A stretch of DNA of 64,000 nucleotides. Source: Anthoceros angustus (taxonomy: Eukaryota > Plantae > Anthocerotophyta). The position numbers and the translations under genes were made by a program. Positions 1 through 12,434 of this stretch are shown piece after piece. Within the stretch, counting starts at the first letter, position 1, and each line of letters starts with the position of its first letter. The DNA is taken from the NCBI GenBank assembly GCA_010909165.1, contig VJWM01000016.1, forward strand, positions 124,001 to 188,000. The letters run 5' to 3'. The notes beneath the pieces are model-generated. The model saw only the letters and a program-made list of their open reading frames with translations, did no database searches and was not told the origin of the DNA.

Positions 1-553
1 GGGAGCGGGGCTAGGGGAGCGGGGTTTCACCATCGGGCCGAGGAGACGATATGAGCGGGGAGCGGGGAGAAGGGGAGGAGAGGAGAAGAAGAGGCGTGGC
101 AGCAGGGAGCGTGTTGGGACTCCCTACTTCCTCCCAAGTTGGGAGGTAGCAGTTCAAGGGCAGCAGATTGGAGCCTCTGCTTCGCCAGGGGCGCGGACAA
201 CATTTCTTGATTTCCAAGGTTGGAAGATACGCACGATGAATTCGAAGAGGACGTACGTCTTCGCCATCCATTGGGAGCTTAACAAATGAATAGTGAGACC
301 AGACATCGATTTGTTTCTGAGCTTACGTTTCAGGACAGGAACGGTGGCCTCAAGTCCATTTTGCAAAAGCTTTGGCTGCGCTACATCTGTTGGTTCAAGA
401 ACACATGACCCGCGCACGGTTGTTATTAGAGCCCCGCGCGTGGCGCAGAGTATTCCCTACCATATTCTACATGTCTACATGCCGTGGCGAAATATGGAAG
501 TTACGACAATGTATGTCACTTTATACAAGTAGAGTGCGCATGGCCAGGCTATG

Positions 554-899
554 AGGAGGCCATGGACACAGATGCCACGGAGGCTTTGGCACGCGCGAAG
601 CGATTTTTATTTACCGCTTCGGAGTTAGAGAAGCAGGCGCCTACGCTCGACCCGCAGGATCCCGGCCAGAAGAGGGTGACCCTAACCATACACCCCAGCA
701 TGATGTAGCATGAAAAAATCCATTTCCGCCCCGTAGTATAATGCAGGATGAAATTAACATCATTTTTGTCTCCCCGACCTAGATAAAGTTTCTAAAATGG
801 ATAGAATAGTCATAAAATTACCACACTTAAAATATTGAATTTGATTTCACTTTCACTACATTTAGGAGAACATAATCAATATCTAAAAAATTAAAAATA
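554..899. repeat. ~345-bp direct repeat, copy 1 (second copy 4460-4804); start of a ~4-kb GPAT-containing duplication unit
   Basis: AGGAGGCCATGGACACAGATGCC...TTAAAAATA occurs almost identically at 554-899 and 4460-4804. Confidence 0.9.
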
Positions 900-1702
900 C
901 CACATAATATAACTGTGTAGAATATTCACTATAGCTTGAATAAACTGTTCAATTTCTCGTTAGATTTGCCACCCTTTTCTCTCTCAGGTATTTCCTTCAG
1001 CGTTGGTAGAAAACTAGACCCCAATCTTAGTTTTAACATGTTTCCTAGCCTAGAAACCCAAAAGCCAGAACAACAATTGTTCCCCTGTACAAGGTATGTC
1101 AAGTGTCAAAACCACGAGCTGTCTCGTGGTCCTCTGCGTCGAAGCATCCTAGTGAGCGATGACTCTGGCATCAAGGCGCCCTCCTCAAAGAGCTGCTCCT
1201 CCTTTGATTTTGGCAAACCATCGGGCTCATGATCATGAACAGGCTGCACTATTTCCTCAGCTCTTACCGTGTCCACATGCCCGGGTTGTGTGGCTGTGCG
1301 ATCTGTTTCACTCTTGCCATCCCCTGAGGGCTGCTTGCCACTGGCCGAGTGCTTGGTCACCTCCTCATTCTCTGCTAATTTCTTGTTTGCGAAGGCAACG
1401 GATCTCACGTTGTCAATCAGGACGAGGCCCCGCCCGACTGCCTCACCAGATTTTCAAACCTTTCCAGCGGTGCACAAGCGGAGGACCGATCTTCCTCCGT
1501 AGCTACGTCACATCCCTCCTCATATTCTTTCTGCACAGCAAGTTTCCAATTTTTCGGAACTGTCACACAAGGAAACCGTTCCAAAACATGATAACTGAAC
1601 CATAGCACGCAGCATAAATTGCAAGGATCTTCGACGGCCCATACCATGTGTAGTCACAGACTGTACGAAGACTTGCTCCCTACTTGTAGAACTTTCTTCT
1701 AT

Positions 1703-3336
1703 CTATATATTCTTCTTTTTGTGGATATTCTGTTGTGGCACAACCCCGTCGGTTCCAGCGAGTATGTTGTACTTGTCCTTCCTTGTCAAATTTGTGCACT
1801 GAAATCCTAGTTCAGCAGCCAATATTTGTTGTACATTGTTGGCCACATCAAAAGATGTAAGCTCCCGTTCATTACCCTCAACATCTATATACTTTGCACC
1901 TGGCAACTGAGTAGGAACTAACTTCTCCAAGAAAGTGACTTCATATGTAGGATTAGGGTTCATATAGAAGAAAAAGCTATCAAATCCTTCCATCCCCTTG
2001 CGGTGGCATGTAACATACTCGCTTTGGTATTCACATTCGCACGATCCGGTGAACAATTACGCAAATAAAGCACTAAAGCGTAAAAGGAAAGGCTCTCGGC
2101 ATGTAGTTCCCTCAGGACACACTACAACATCCCCTTGAGCTAAAAGGTCCCGTAGAATAGCAGCGTCCACTTCCTTATTTCTTGTTAGTTTTTTTGTTTT
2201 GATGGGTGATAAAGCTTCAGAGACGCGACTGACACTGTAGGTTACTGCTGTCACAGGCCGTCGAAGAGCAATGGATAACATGATAGGATCCAGTAATGTA
2301 CGGTGATTGCAGACAAAGAGATATCCCTTTCCGCCTTCAGCAAGTGGAGGAATATGGCCCTTAATAGATAGCCGAATACCAGTATATTTGTAGCAAGTAG
2401 GAACCAATCTTTTGGGCACATTTAAATAAATGAGCAACCTGAGGATGCAAAGCAAAACTCCAATAGGTAGCCAAATAAGTGTAAAGAAGGCGACCTTGAT
2501 TTGGCACTGCTAACCATCATGGAAATATATGATATTGCAAAGACTATTCCGGTGCGCTTCTCGCTCTTTTCTATGGGCACCAAGTATTGTTCCTACAATC
2601 ACACACATGTATCAAGATCAATTTTAAAACATAACTCTTGTTAGATCTAAACGTCAACAATAAAGTCGATTCTCACCTTACACATGCGCATAAATGGAAA
2701 GTCTGAACTCTGATCACCAAGTCCCACATCTGGCATACTATCACCCATCAAGTTTCGCAATGCAGTAGCTTTGTTAAGAGCAACCATCACCCCCGGACTA
2801 GCTACAAATCCCGTATAATATCTTGTTCCCCATATTTTTATGACATGAATCTCAGTACCACTCACATGATGCACACCTAAGTAAGTCTTAGCGAAATGCT
2901 CCACCATGATACGTGGAGTTGCAGTGATTATAATGCGCTTCTGAAAAGTGTTAAATACTTTCCAAGTATTATTGTGAACATCGTCTACATAAAAATTAGG
3001 GAGCACTACTTTTGCGACCGATTTGATCTCCTGTTCCCGGAGTCCTGCGAAAGTCACGAAAATGAGCAACTTAAGCCCAACAACCTCAGATACGTGGTGG
3101 TAGAGCCATGAAGCCAAGGGGGCCAATAGGAGAAGAAACCATGCCCGCATAAACCCACCAGCCTCAAAGGCCATTAGCATATAGTATGGAAATCCATTGC
3201 GTGATCGAAGCAAAGTTCCATCAAGATCGGACACTACGGTTTGGTTGGAACGGTCTTTTATTTCACAATTGTTGATGAAGTCAAAGGAATTTACTTGCTC
3301 ATCGTTAACTCGAGATGGTCTGCTTTCGCCTTCCAT
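1703..3336 (-). CDS. GPAT: Land-plant sn-2 glycerol-3-phosphate acyltransferase (GPAT4/6/8-like), copy 1, 2 exons, apparent frameshifts
   Basis: ATG at 3336 (MEGESRP). HAD-like motifs SDLDGTL and GLGDQSSD; acyltransferase motifs NHRTLLD and [19 protein letters not shown]; C-terminal [14 protein letters not shown] intron 2676-2593 at CK|EQYLVP. Indel-corrupted at ~2500-2570 and ~2000-2060, where copy 2 is intact. Confidence 0.93.
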
Positions 3337-3915
3337 GATGACCAATATATGTGAGCACTGAAAAGTGAATGAAAGACTTCCCAACCATCCAATTGGCTAA
3401 CCAGAATATGAAGGGATTGATTTTTAAACCTGATTCTCTTCACTCTTATATGAGAGAAAAGGGGCAAAGAAAGAGAAAGGAAAATTTTCTTCATAAGTAA
3501 CTAATTTTTCAGGCATAGCAGACCTTAATTTGTTAATTTTATCCAAGAGAATTCCTACATGAGAAGTCTCTTGGATACCTTCTTTACGTGGCTTTTTATC
3601 CAAGAAAATTCTCATGTAGGAATTTTCTTGGATACCTTCTTTACTTGACTTTATACTTTTTCCGCCATAAGGAAAAGACGCTACTATTCTTACTGATAAT
3701 ATAGCTAATATCAATTTTCTAATGTTATCAAACCTGCCTCATGAGGAGTGACATAACCATGACTTCTAATGTCTATCTTGTGATGTTACCAAACCTTTCT
3801 CTTGAAGAGTGTCAGGGTAATCATAAGTTTTTTTTGTCCGGTAAAGGTAACCATAAGCTCACTGAAATTCAAGCCCGGTAAGTGACCCGGTCAGTTACTG
3901 GCTTACTAACAGGCC

Positions 3916-4459
3916 CTCCAGTCCATTTGCCTTGTACAAACATTGTGAAGTGCCTTGTGAGCGCCCTTGCTTGGTATAACCAGCTATCAGCCAATTTCTA
4001 TGCCACCACACTCTGTGTGTAATATATGCTGTCCAAAACCTTGCGTGTATCTTCCAGTTCACCGCATTTTGCATACCCAGATGTCAGGCATCCCTTGTCC
4101 AAAACCATCAGTTCGCCACATTTTGCATACATTGTCCATCAGGCACTTGCCCACCTTTACATTATCCAGCTGTCCCCTTTCAACAATGTAAGGCCACTGC
4201 CTGCCCTACTGAGAGGCACCAGTGCTTCCACAGCCATTCAGAAGGCAAGCAAAAGTAACACGGTCAGCCAAAATCATCTCCTCCGCTCCATTTGTTCATA
4301 CAGGACAAGTGCCTCGTGTCCGAGCCCTTGCTCAGCATACCCAGCAATCAGGAAATTCCATGCCACCACATTTGGTACATGCCTCCACTGCCCTTATGTA
4401 AGGCACCAGTGCTTGCACAGGTCATTCGAAGCCATGCAAAAGTAACGTGGTCAGCAAAA
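3916..4459 (-). pseudogene. Degenerate PLS-PPR remnant upstream of GPAT
   Basis: Minus-strand pieces resemble PPR S/P motifs (WLIAGYTKQG, LMDNVCK) with many stops and shifts. Partly repeated at ~8745-8986. Confidence 0.55.
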
Positions 4460-5096
4460 AGGAGGCCATGGACACAGATGCCACGGAGGCTTTGGCACGC
4501 GCGAAGCGATTTTTGTTACCGCTTCGAGTTAGAGAAGCAGGCGCCTACGCTCGACCCGCAGGATCCCGGCCAGAAGAGGGTGACCCTAACCATACACCCC
4601 AGCATGATGTAGCATGAAAAAATCCATTTCCGCCCCGTAGTATAATGCAGGATGAAATTAACATCATTTTTGTCTCCCCGACCTAGATAAAGTTTCTAAA
4701 ATGGATAGAATAGTCATAAAATTACCACACTTAAAATATTGAATTTGATTTCACTTTCACTACATTTAGGAGAACATAATCAATATCTAAAAAAATTAAA
4801 AATATGTTGCTTTATTATACACTACGTAGAAATGGGATGAACCTATCTAATATAAGACAACTTGCAAGGATCTTCGACGGCCCATACCATGTGTAGTCAC
4901 AGACTGTACGAAGACTTGCTCCCTACTTGTAGAACTTTCTTCTATCTATATATTCTTCTTTTTGTGGATATTCTGTTGTGGCACAACCCCGTCGGTTCCA
5001 GCGAGTATGTTGTACTTGTCCTTCCTTGTCAAATTGTGAAATCCTAGTTCAGCAGCCAATATTTGTTGTACATTGTTGGCCACATCAAAAGATGTG
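4460..5096. repeat. Second copy of the 554-899 repeat followed by a GPAT 3' fragment (4862-5096)
   Basis: 4862-5096 is near-identical to 1619-1858 (GPAT 3' end and flank). Confidence 0.88.
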
Positions 5097-5407
5097 AATT
5101 TAGAACTAAGATAATAGCGAAGAGGTGAGATAGAGAGGGCGGGGCGCAGATGAGAGTGTGCAGCTAAGATTTGGGACGTTTTATATTTTCCTACCTCCCT
5201 TTTGTGCTCACGGTTTCAGTCGTTACGCATCTTTGTCGCGAAAAAATAAAAGAAAAAAAGTAGATACGCTCGTATCCTGCAGCAGCGGAGGTGCCTGCAC
5301 GAGCCAGGATCATTTTGCAAGCTCCAGTAGGATCTCCGGGTACGACGCCCAAATTCCTTCAGCAAGTAGCTGTTCAGCATCTGCTTGTACAACTGTTGAC
5401 GCCTAAT

Positions 5408-5841
5408 TTAACAGCTAGCTTGACAGCCATTCATTGAACAGCCCAACACCTGTTTCAGCCTGGCTTGACTCTTGGGATGATTCATATATCCAACCAAAAA
5501 CCTATGCACCAGTCCATCCATGTCTGTCCACCAGCTGTGACCTGGCATCTTCCATGCCTTCATTCTTAATCTCCTGGTCTGCATCTCCTGGGCCTGCTCC
5601 CACATCTGGGCACCAGTGTATATGTTGGACATCAACACATATGCTGCAGCATCCCTCTTATCTAGCTTCACCGCTTCATTGAAAGCATGGAATCCCACCT
5701 CTACATTACTCCACTTTTGACAAGCACCCAACAGAGTGTGCCAAACTGAAGCAGTAGGAAGTTCACGCATTGACCTGACCAAATCTAGTGCCTCATCGAG
5801 TCGTCCTGCACGGCCCAGGAGGTCCACCATGCATGTGTAGT
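5408..5841 (-). CDS. Displaced C-terminus of a PLS-PPR: S2, E1, E2 and WW-type PG box, no DYW catalytic core
   Basis: MVDLLGRAGRLDEA...WHTLLGAC...AYVLMSNIY...KMPGHSWWTDMDGLVHRFLVG. The 5' part is identical to ~10686-10865, so it is probably the true end of PPR gene A. Confidence 0.85.
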
Positions 5842-5863
5842 CACTGTCACGAAGACTTGCTCC

Positions 5864-8163
5864 CTACTTGTAGAACTTTCTTCTATCTATATATTCTTCT
5901 TTTTGTGGATACATTGTGCACAAACTGTTCAGTTCAATGAGTATGTTGTACTTGTCCTTCCTTGTCAAATTTGTGCACTGAAATCCTAGTTCAGCAGCCA
6001 ATATTTGTTGTACATTGTTGGCCACATCAAAAGATGTAAGCTCCCGTTCATTACCCTCAACATCTATATACTTTGCACCTGGCAACTGAGTAGGAACTAA
6101 CTTCTCCAAGAAAGTGACTTCATATGTAGGATTAGGGTTCATATAGAAGAAAAAGCTATCAAATCCCTTCCATCCCCTTGCAGTGGTGGCATGTAACATA
6201 CTCAGTTTGGTATTCACAGCTACCGGCACGATCCGGTCAGACAATTCTGCAAATAAAGCACTAAAGCGTAAAAGGAAAGGCTCTCGGCATGTAGTTCCCT
6301 CAGGACACACTACAACATCCCCTTGAGCTAAAAGGTCCCGTAGAATAGCGTCCCCTTATTTCTTGTTAGTTTTTTGTTTTGATGGGTGATAAAGCTTGAG
6401 ACGCGACCGTAGAGGTTACCGTCAAGTCAAGAGCAATGGATAACATGATAGGATCCAGTAATGTACGGTGATTGCAGACAAAGAGATATCCCTTTCCGCC
6501 TTCAGCAAGTGGAGGAATATGGCCCTTAATAGATAGCCGAATACCAGTATATTTGTAGCAAGTAGGAACCAATCTTTTGGGCACATTTAAATAAATGAGC
6601 AACCTGAGGATGCAAAGCAAAACTCCAATAGGTAGCCAAATAAGTGTAAAGAAGGCGACCTTCGGTTCTGGCCTGCGCACTAGGCGACCATCATGGAAAT
6701 ATATGATATTGCAAAGACTATTCCGGGGTGCAGCTTCTACGTTCTTTTCTATGGGCACCAAGTATTGTTCCTACAATCACACACATGTATCAAGATCAAT
6801 TTTAAAACATAACTCTTGTTAGATCTAAACGTCAACAATAAAGTCGATTCTCACCTTACACATGCGCATAAATGGAAAGTCCAACTCGATCACCAAGTCC
6901 CACATCCGCATACTATCACCCATCAAGTTTCGCAATGAGCTTTGTTAAGAGCAACCATCACCCCGACTAGCTACAAATCCGTATAATATCTTGTTCCCCA
7001 TATTTTTATGACATGAATCTCGACCACTCACATGATGCACACCTAAGTAAGTCTTAGCGAAATGCTCCACCGTGGGAGTGATGCCATAGAGTATGCTCAT
7101 TGCCTCAAAGTACTCTCTCCCCTTACTCACTAGACCCGCATGACTGCATACAGATAGAACGCTGAGGAATGTGACGCCCACAGGGTGTATGCCATCCTCT
7201 CTCATTCCTCCAACTAAGTGGAAAACCAGTTCACTATCTCCTTGACAGCTGTAACCTGCAATCAGTGTATTCCAGGCGACAACGTCTCTTTGGGGCAACG
7301 CATCAAAAACCTGTTTTGCATCAGCCATGCTCCCAGACTTTCCATACATATTTATCAAACTGCAGGCTATGATTAATTCATTTTCAAGCCCTTGTTCTGC
7401 AATCTGTGCATGTAGCTGCCTTCCCAGATGCAAAGCTGCCACATTCGCACATGCCTGCAGGAGGCACACAAACGTGACAGAATCAGGAATAGCAATGCCC
7501 TCTTCTTGCATATCACTGTAGACATGTATGGCTTCCTCTCCCATGTCCTGCTGGGAATACCCTGCTATCAGGGCAGTCCAGGTCACCAAATTTTTTTTAC
7601 TAAGTCCGTCAAATACTCTCTGGGCGTCTTCCAAGCTGCCACACTTTGCATACATGTTTACCAGACTGCTGGCTACAAAAGCATCAGCTTGATGTCCTCC
7701 TTTCCTGATATGCATATGAAGATCCCTCCCTTTCTCCAAAGCTGGGGTGCCCACCTGTGCACATGCCTGCAGGAGGCACGCAAATGTCACACAATCAGGA
7801 AAAACCCTGTCATCTTCTAGCATGGCACTGTAAAGACTAAGCGCTTCCTGGCCCATGCCCTGTTGGGAATACCCTGCTATCATGGCATTCCATGTTACTA
7901 TATCTTTTTGTCCAAGCCCGTCAAATACTTTCTGGGCATACAACATGGTGCCACACTTTGCGTACATGTTTATCAAACTGCTAGCTACAAAGATGTCAGC
8001 TTGATGTTCTTGTTCTCTAACTTGAGCGTGGAGCCGCATCCCCATATCCAAAGCTGGGGCGCCCAGACCTGCACACGCCTGCAGGAGGCACACAATTGTT
8101 GATGAAGTCAAAGGAATTTACTTGCTCATCGTTAACTCGAGATGGTCTGCTTCCGCCTTCCAT
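5864..8163 (-). pseudogene. GPAT: GPAT copy 2, exon 1 partly replaced by a PPR segment
   Basis: Near-identical to copy 1, with ATG at 8163 and the same intron. The part of exon 1 equivalent to ~2906-3263 is replaced by PPR sequence. Small indels at ~6340-6440 and ~6880-7030. Confidence 0.85.
7063..8101 (-). CDS. PLS-PPR segment embedded in GPAT copy 2
   Basis: ORF 6945-8111 has three P-L-S triplets plus P2-L2, then runs into GPAT peptide EHFAKTYLGVHHVSG. Flanked by microhomologies TGCTCCACC and CACAATTGTTG. Confidence 0.8.
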
Positions 8164-8986
8164 GATGACCAATATATGTGAGCACTGAAAAGTGAATGAA
8201 AGACTTCCCAACCATCCAATTGGCTAACCAGAATATGAAGGGATTGATTTTTAAACCTGATTCTCTTCACTCTTATATGAGAGAAAAGGGGCAAAGAAAG
8301 AGAAAGGAAAATTTTCTTCATAAGTAACTAATTTTTCAGGCATAGCAGACCTTAATTTGTTAATTTTATCCAAGAGAATTCCTACATGAGAAGTCTCTTG
8401 GATACCTTCTTTACGTGGCTTTTTATCCAAGAAAATTCTCATGTAGGAATTTTCTTGGATACCTTCTTTACTTGACTTTATACTTTTTCCGCCATAAGGA
8501 AAAGACGCTACTATTCTTACTGATAATATAGCTAATATCAATTTTCTAATGTTATCAAACCTGCCTCATGAGGAGTGACATAACCATGACTTCTAATGTC
8601 TATCTTGTGATGTTACCAAACCTTTCTCTTGAAGAGTGTCAGGGTAATCATAAGTTTTTTTTTGTCCGGTAAAGGTAACCATAAGCTCACTGAAATTCAA
8701 GCCCGGTAAGTGACCCGGTCAGTTACCGGGCTTACCCAAAAACAGGCCCTCCAGTCCATTTGCCTTGTACAAACATTGTGAAGTGCCTTGTGAGCGCCCT
8801 TGCTTGGTATAACCAGCTATCAGCCAATTTCTATGCCACCACACTCTGTGTGTAATATATGCTGTCCAAAACCTTGCGTGTATCTTCCAGTTCACCGCAT
8901 TTTGCATACCCAGATGTCAGGCATCCCTTGTCCAAAACCATCAGTTCGCCACATTTTGCATACATTGTCCATCAGGCACTTGCCCA
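8091..8986. repeat. Duplicate of GPAT 5' end, upstream region and PPR remnant (= ~3264-4153)
   Basis: Near-identical sequence; gives the same ORF translations (3424-3714 = 8251-8541). Confidence 0.9.
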
Positions 8987-11900
8987 GCTGACTGTAGGCT
9001 GCTATCATAACCCTGCAGGTCAACACATCTTGTTGACCAAGTCCTTGAACCTCTCTGAGAGTATCCTTTGCTGCCACCGTTTCCATACATGTTACCAAAC
9101 TGTTGGCTACAAAAGCATCAGCTTGATGTCCTTGTTCTCTGATCTGCATGAAGCTGCTTCCTCTTCTCTAAAGCTGGGGTTCCCACACTTGAACACGCCT
9201 GCAGGAGGCACATAAATGTCACCGAATCAGGTACAACCATCTGTTCATCGTCCATAGCGCTGTAAATACAAAGAGCTTCCTCACCCATTCCGTGCTGGGA
9301 ATATGCTCCAATCATGGCATTCCATGTCACCACATCTTTTTCAACAAGTCCGTCAAACACACTCCTAGCGTCCTCTAGGCTGCCACATTTTGCATACATA
9401 TTCAACAGACTGTTTGCTACAAACATATCAACTTGATGTCCTTGTTCACTAGCTTGCGCATGAAGCTGCTTCCCCATATCCAAAGCTTGGGTGCCCACAC
9501 TTGCACATGCCTGGAAGAGGCACACAAATGTCACACAATTCAGCCATGCCCTCTTCTTGCATACCACTGTAGACATGTATGGCTTCCTCTCCCATGCCCT
9601 GCTGGGAATACCCTGCTATCAGGGCAGTCCACGTCACCACATCTTTCTGACCAAGTCCATCAAACACTCTCTGAGCGTCTTCCAAGCTGCCACACTTTGC
9701 ATACATGTTACCAAACTGCTGGCTACAAACACATCAGCTTCAAGTCCTTGTTCTCTGATCTGCATATGAAGATCCCTCCCTTTTCCAAGCTGAGGTGCCC
9801 ACACTTGCACATGCCTGCAGGAGGCACACAAATGTTACAGAATCAGGAAAAACCCTGTCATCTTCTAGCATGGCACTGTAGAGACCAAGGGCTTCCTGGC
9901 CATGCCCTGTTGGGAATACCCTGCTATCATGGCATTCCATGTCACCACATCTTTCTGACCAAGTCCATCAAACACCTCCTGAGCATCTTCCAAGCTGCCA
10001 CACTTTGCATACATGTTATCAAACTGCTGGCTACAAACACATCAGCTTCAAGTCCTTGTTCTCTAACTTGAGCGTGGAGCCGCATCCCCATATCCAAAGC
10101 TGGGGCGCCCAGACCTGCACACGCCTGCAGGAGGCACACAATTGTTGCAGAATTTAGTACAGCGATGCCTCCTCCCTGCATTGCACTGTAAAGCTGAAGG
10201 GCTTCCTGGTACTTGCCCAGCTGACTGTAGGCTGCTATCATAACCCTGCAGGTCAACACATCTTGTTGACCAAGTCCTTGAACCTCTCTGAGAGTATCCT
10301 TTAAGCTGCCACACTTTGCATACATGTTTACCAGACTGCTGGCTACAAAAGCATCAGCTTGATGTCCTCCTTTCCTGATATGCATATGAAGATCCCTCCC
10401 TTTCTCCAAGCTGGGGTGCCACACTTGCACATGCCTGCAGGAGGCACACAAATGTCACACAATCAGGAAAAACCCTGTCATCTTCTAGCATGGCACTGTA
10501 AAGACTAAGCGCTTCCTGGCCCATGCCCCTGCTGGGAATATCCTGCTATCATGGCATTCCATGTCACCACATCTTTCTGACCAAGTCCATCAAACACCTC
10601 CTGAGCATCTTCTAGGCTGCCACATTTTGCATACATGTTCACCAAACTGTTGGCTACAAACACATCAGCTTGATGTCCTTGTTCACTAGCTTCACCGCTT
10701 CATTGAAAGCATGGAATCCCACCTCTACATTACTCCACTTTTGACAAGCACCCAACAGAGTGTGCCAAACTGAAGCAGTAGGAAGTTCACGCATTGACCT
10801 GACCAAATCTAGTGCCTCATCGAGTCGTCCTGCACGGCCCAGGAGGTCCACCATGCATGTGTAGTGCTCCACCGTGGGAGTGATGCCATAGAGTATGCTC
10901 ATTGCCTCAAAGTACTCTCTCCCCTTACTCACTAGACCCGCATGACTGCATACAGATAGAACGCTGAGGAATGTGACGCCCACAGGGTGTATGCCATCCT
11001 CTCTCATTCCTCCAACTAAGTGGAAAACCAGTTCACTATCTCCTTGACAGCTGTAACCTGCAATCAGTGTATTCCAGGCGACAACGTCTCTTTGGGGCAA
11101 CGCATCAAAAACCTGTTTTGCATCAGCCATGCTCCCAGACTTTCCATACATATTTATCAAACTGCAGGCTATGATTAATTCATTTTCAAGCCCTTGTTCT
11201 GCAATCTGTGCATGTAGCTGCCTTCCCAGATGCAAAGCTGCCACATTCGCACATGCCTGCAGGAGGCACACAAACGTGACAGAATCAGGAATAGCAATGC
11301 CCTCTTCTTGCATACCACTGTAGAGTCGAAGGGCTTCCTGGCCCATGCCCCTGCTGGGAATACCCTGCAATTAGAGCAGTCCAAGTCACCACATCTTTCT
11401 CACCAAGCCCATCAAACACTCTCTGAGCATCGTCTAGGCTTCTACACTTTGCATACATGTTCACCAAACTGTTAGCTAAAAACACATTGGCTAGGTGTCC
11501 TCGTTCTCTGATTTGTGTATGAAGTTGCCTTCCCATCTCCAATGCCAGGGTGCCAAACCTGCACATGCCTGCAGTAGGCACCCAAATGTAGCAGAATTTG
11601 GTACAGAAATGCCATCTTCTTGCATACCACTGTAGAGTCGAAGGGCTTCCTGGTACTTGCCCAGCTGACTGTAGGCTGCTATCATAACCCTGCAGGTCAA
11701 CACATCTTGTTGACCAAGTCCTTGAACCTCTCTGAGAGTATCCTTTAAGCTGCCACCGTTTCCATACATGTTTACCAAACTGGTTGCTACAAATGCATCG
11801 GCTTGATATCCTCGTTCTCTGCGTTGCGCCTGAAGCTGCTTCCTCTTCTCTAAAGCTGGGGTTCCCACACTTGAACACGCCTGCAGGAGGCACATAAATG

Positions 11901-12434
11901 TCACCGAATCAGGTACAACCATCTGTTCATCGTCCATAGCGCTGTAAATACAAAGAGCTTCCTCACCCATTCCGTGCTGGGAATACCCTGCAATCAGAGC
12001 AGTCCACGTCACCACATCTTTTTCAACAAGTCCGTCAAATACTCTCTGGGCGTCTTCCAAGCTGCCACACTTTGCATACATGTTCACCAAACTGCTGGCT
12101 ACAAACACATCAGCTTGATGTCCTTGTTCTCTAATCTGGGTATGAAAATGCCTTCCCCATCTCCAATGCCAGGGTGCCCAAACCTGCACATGCCTGCAAG
12201 AGGCACCCAAATGTAGCAGAATTTGGTACAGAAATGCCATCTTCTTGCATAACACTGTAGAGACGAAGGGCTTCCTGGCCCATGCCTTGCTGGGAATACC
12301 CTGCAATCATGGCATTCCATGTCACCACATCCTTTTGATGTTGACCAAGCCTGTCAAACACTCTTTGAGCGTCTTCCAAGCTGCCACACTTTGCATACAT
12401 GTTCACCAAACTGCTGGCTACACGTATGTCAGCT
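8978..12434 (-). pseudogene. Scrambled, frameshifted continuation of the PPR gene A array, including a P2-L2-S2-E1 block at ~10686-11120
   Basis: Continuous 312-bp-period PPR repeats. Several are exact re-uses of other motifs (QQDVLTCRVMIAAYSQLGK occurs three times), broken by 1-bp indels. Confidence 0.8.

Noticed and set aside
1-553. Short coding-like ORFs at the window start
   Set aside because: Stop-interrupted, with no recognisable family.
1520-1702. Stop-codon readthrough extension of GPAT (frame stays open after TAG)
   Set aside because: The stop lies near the usual family C-terminus and the downstream sequence differs between copies.
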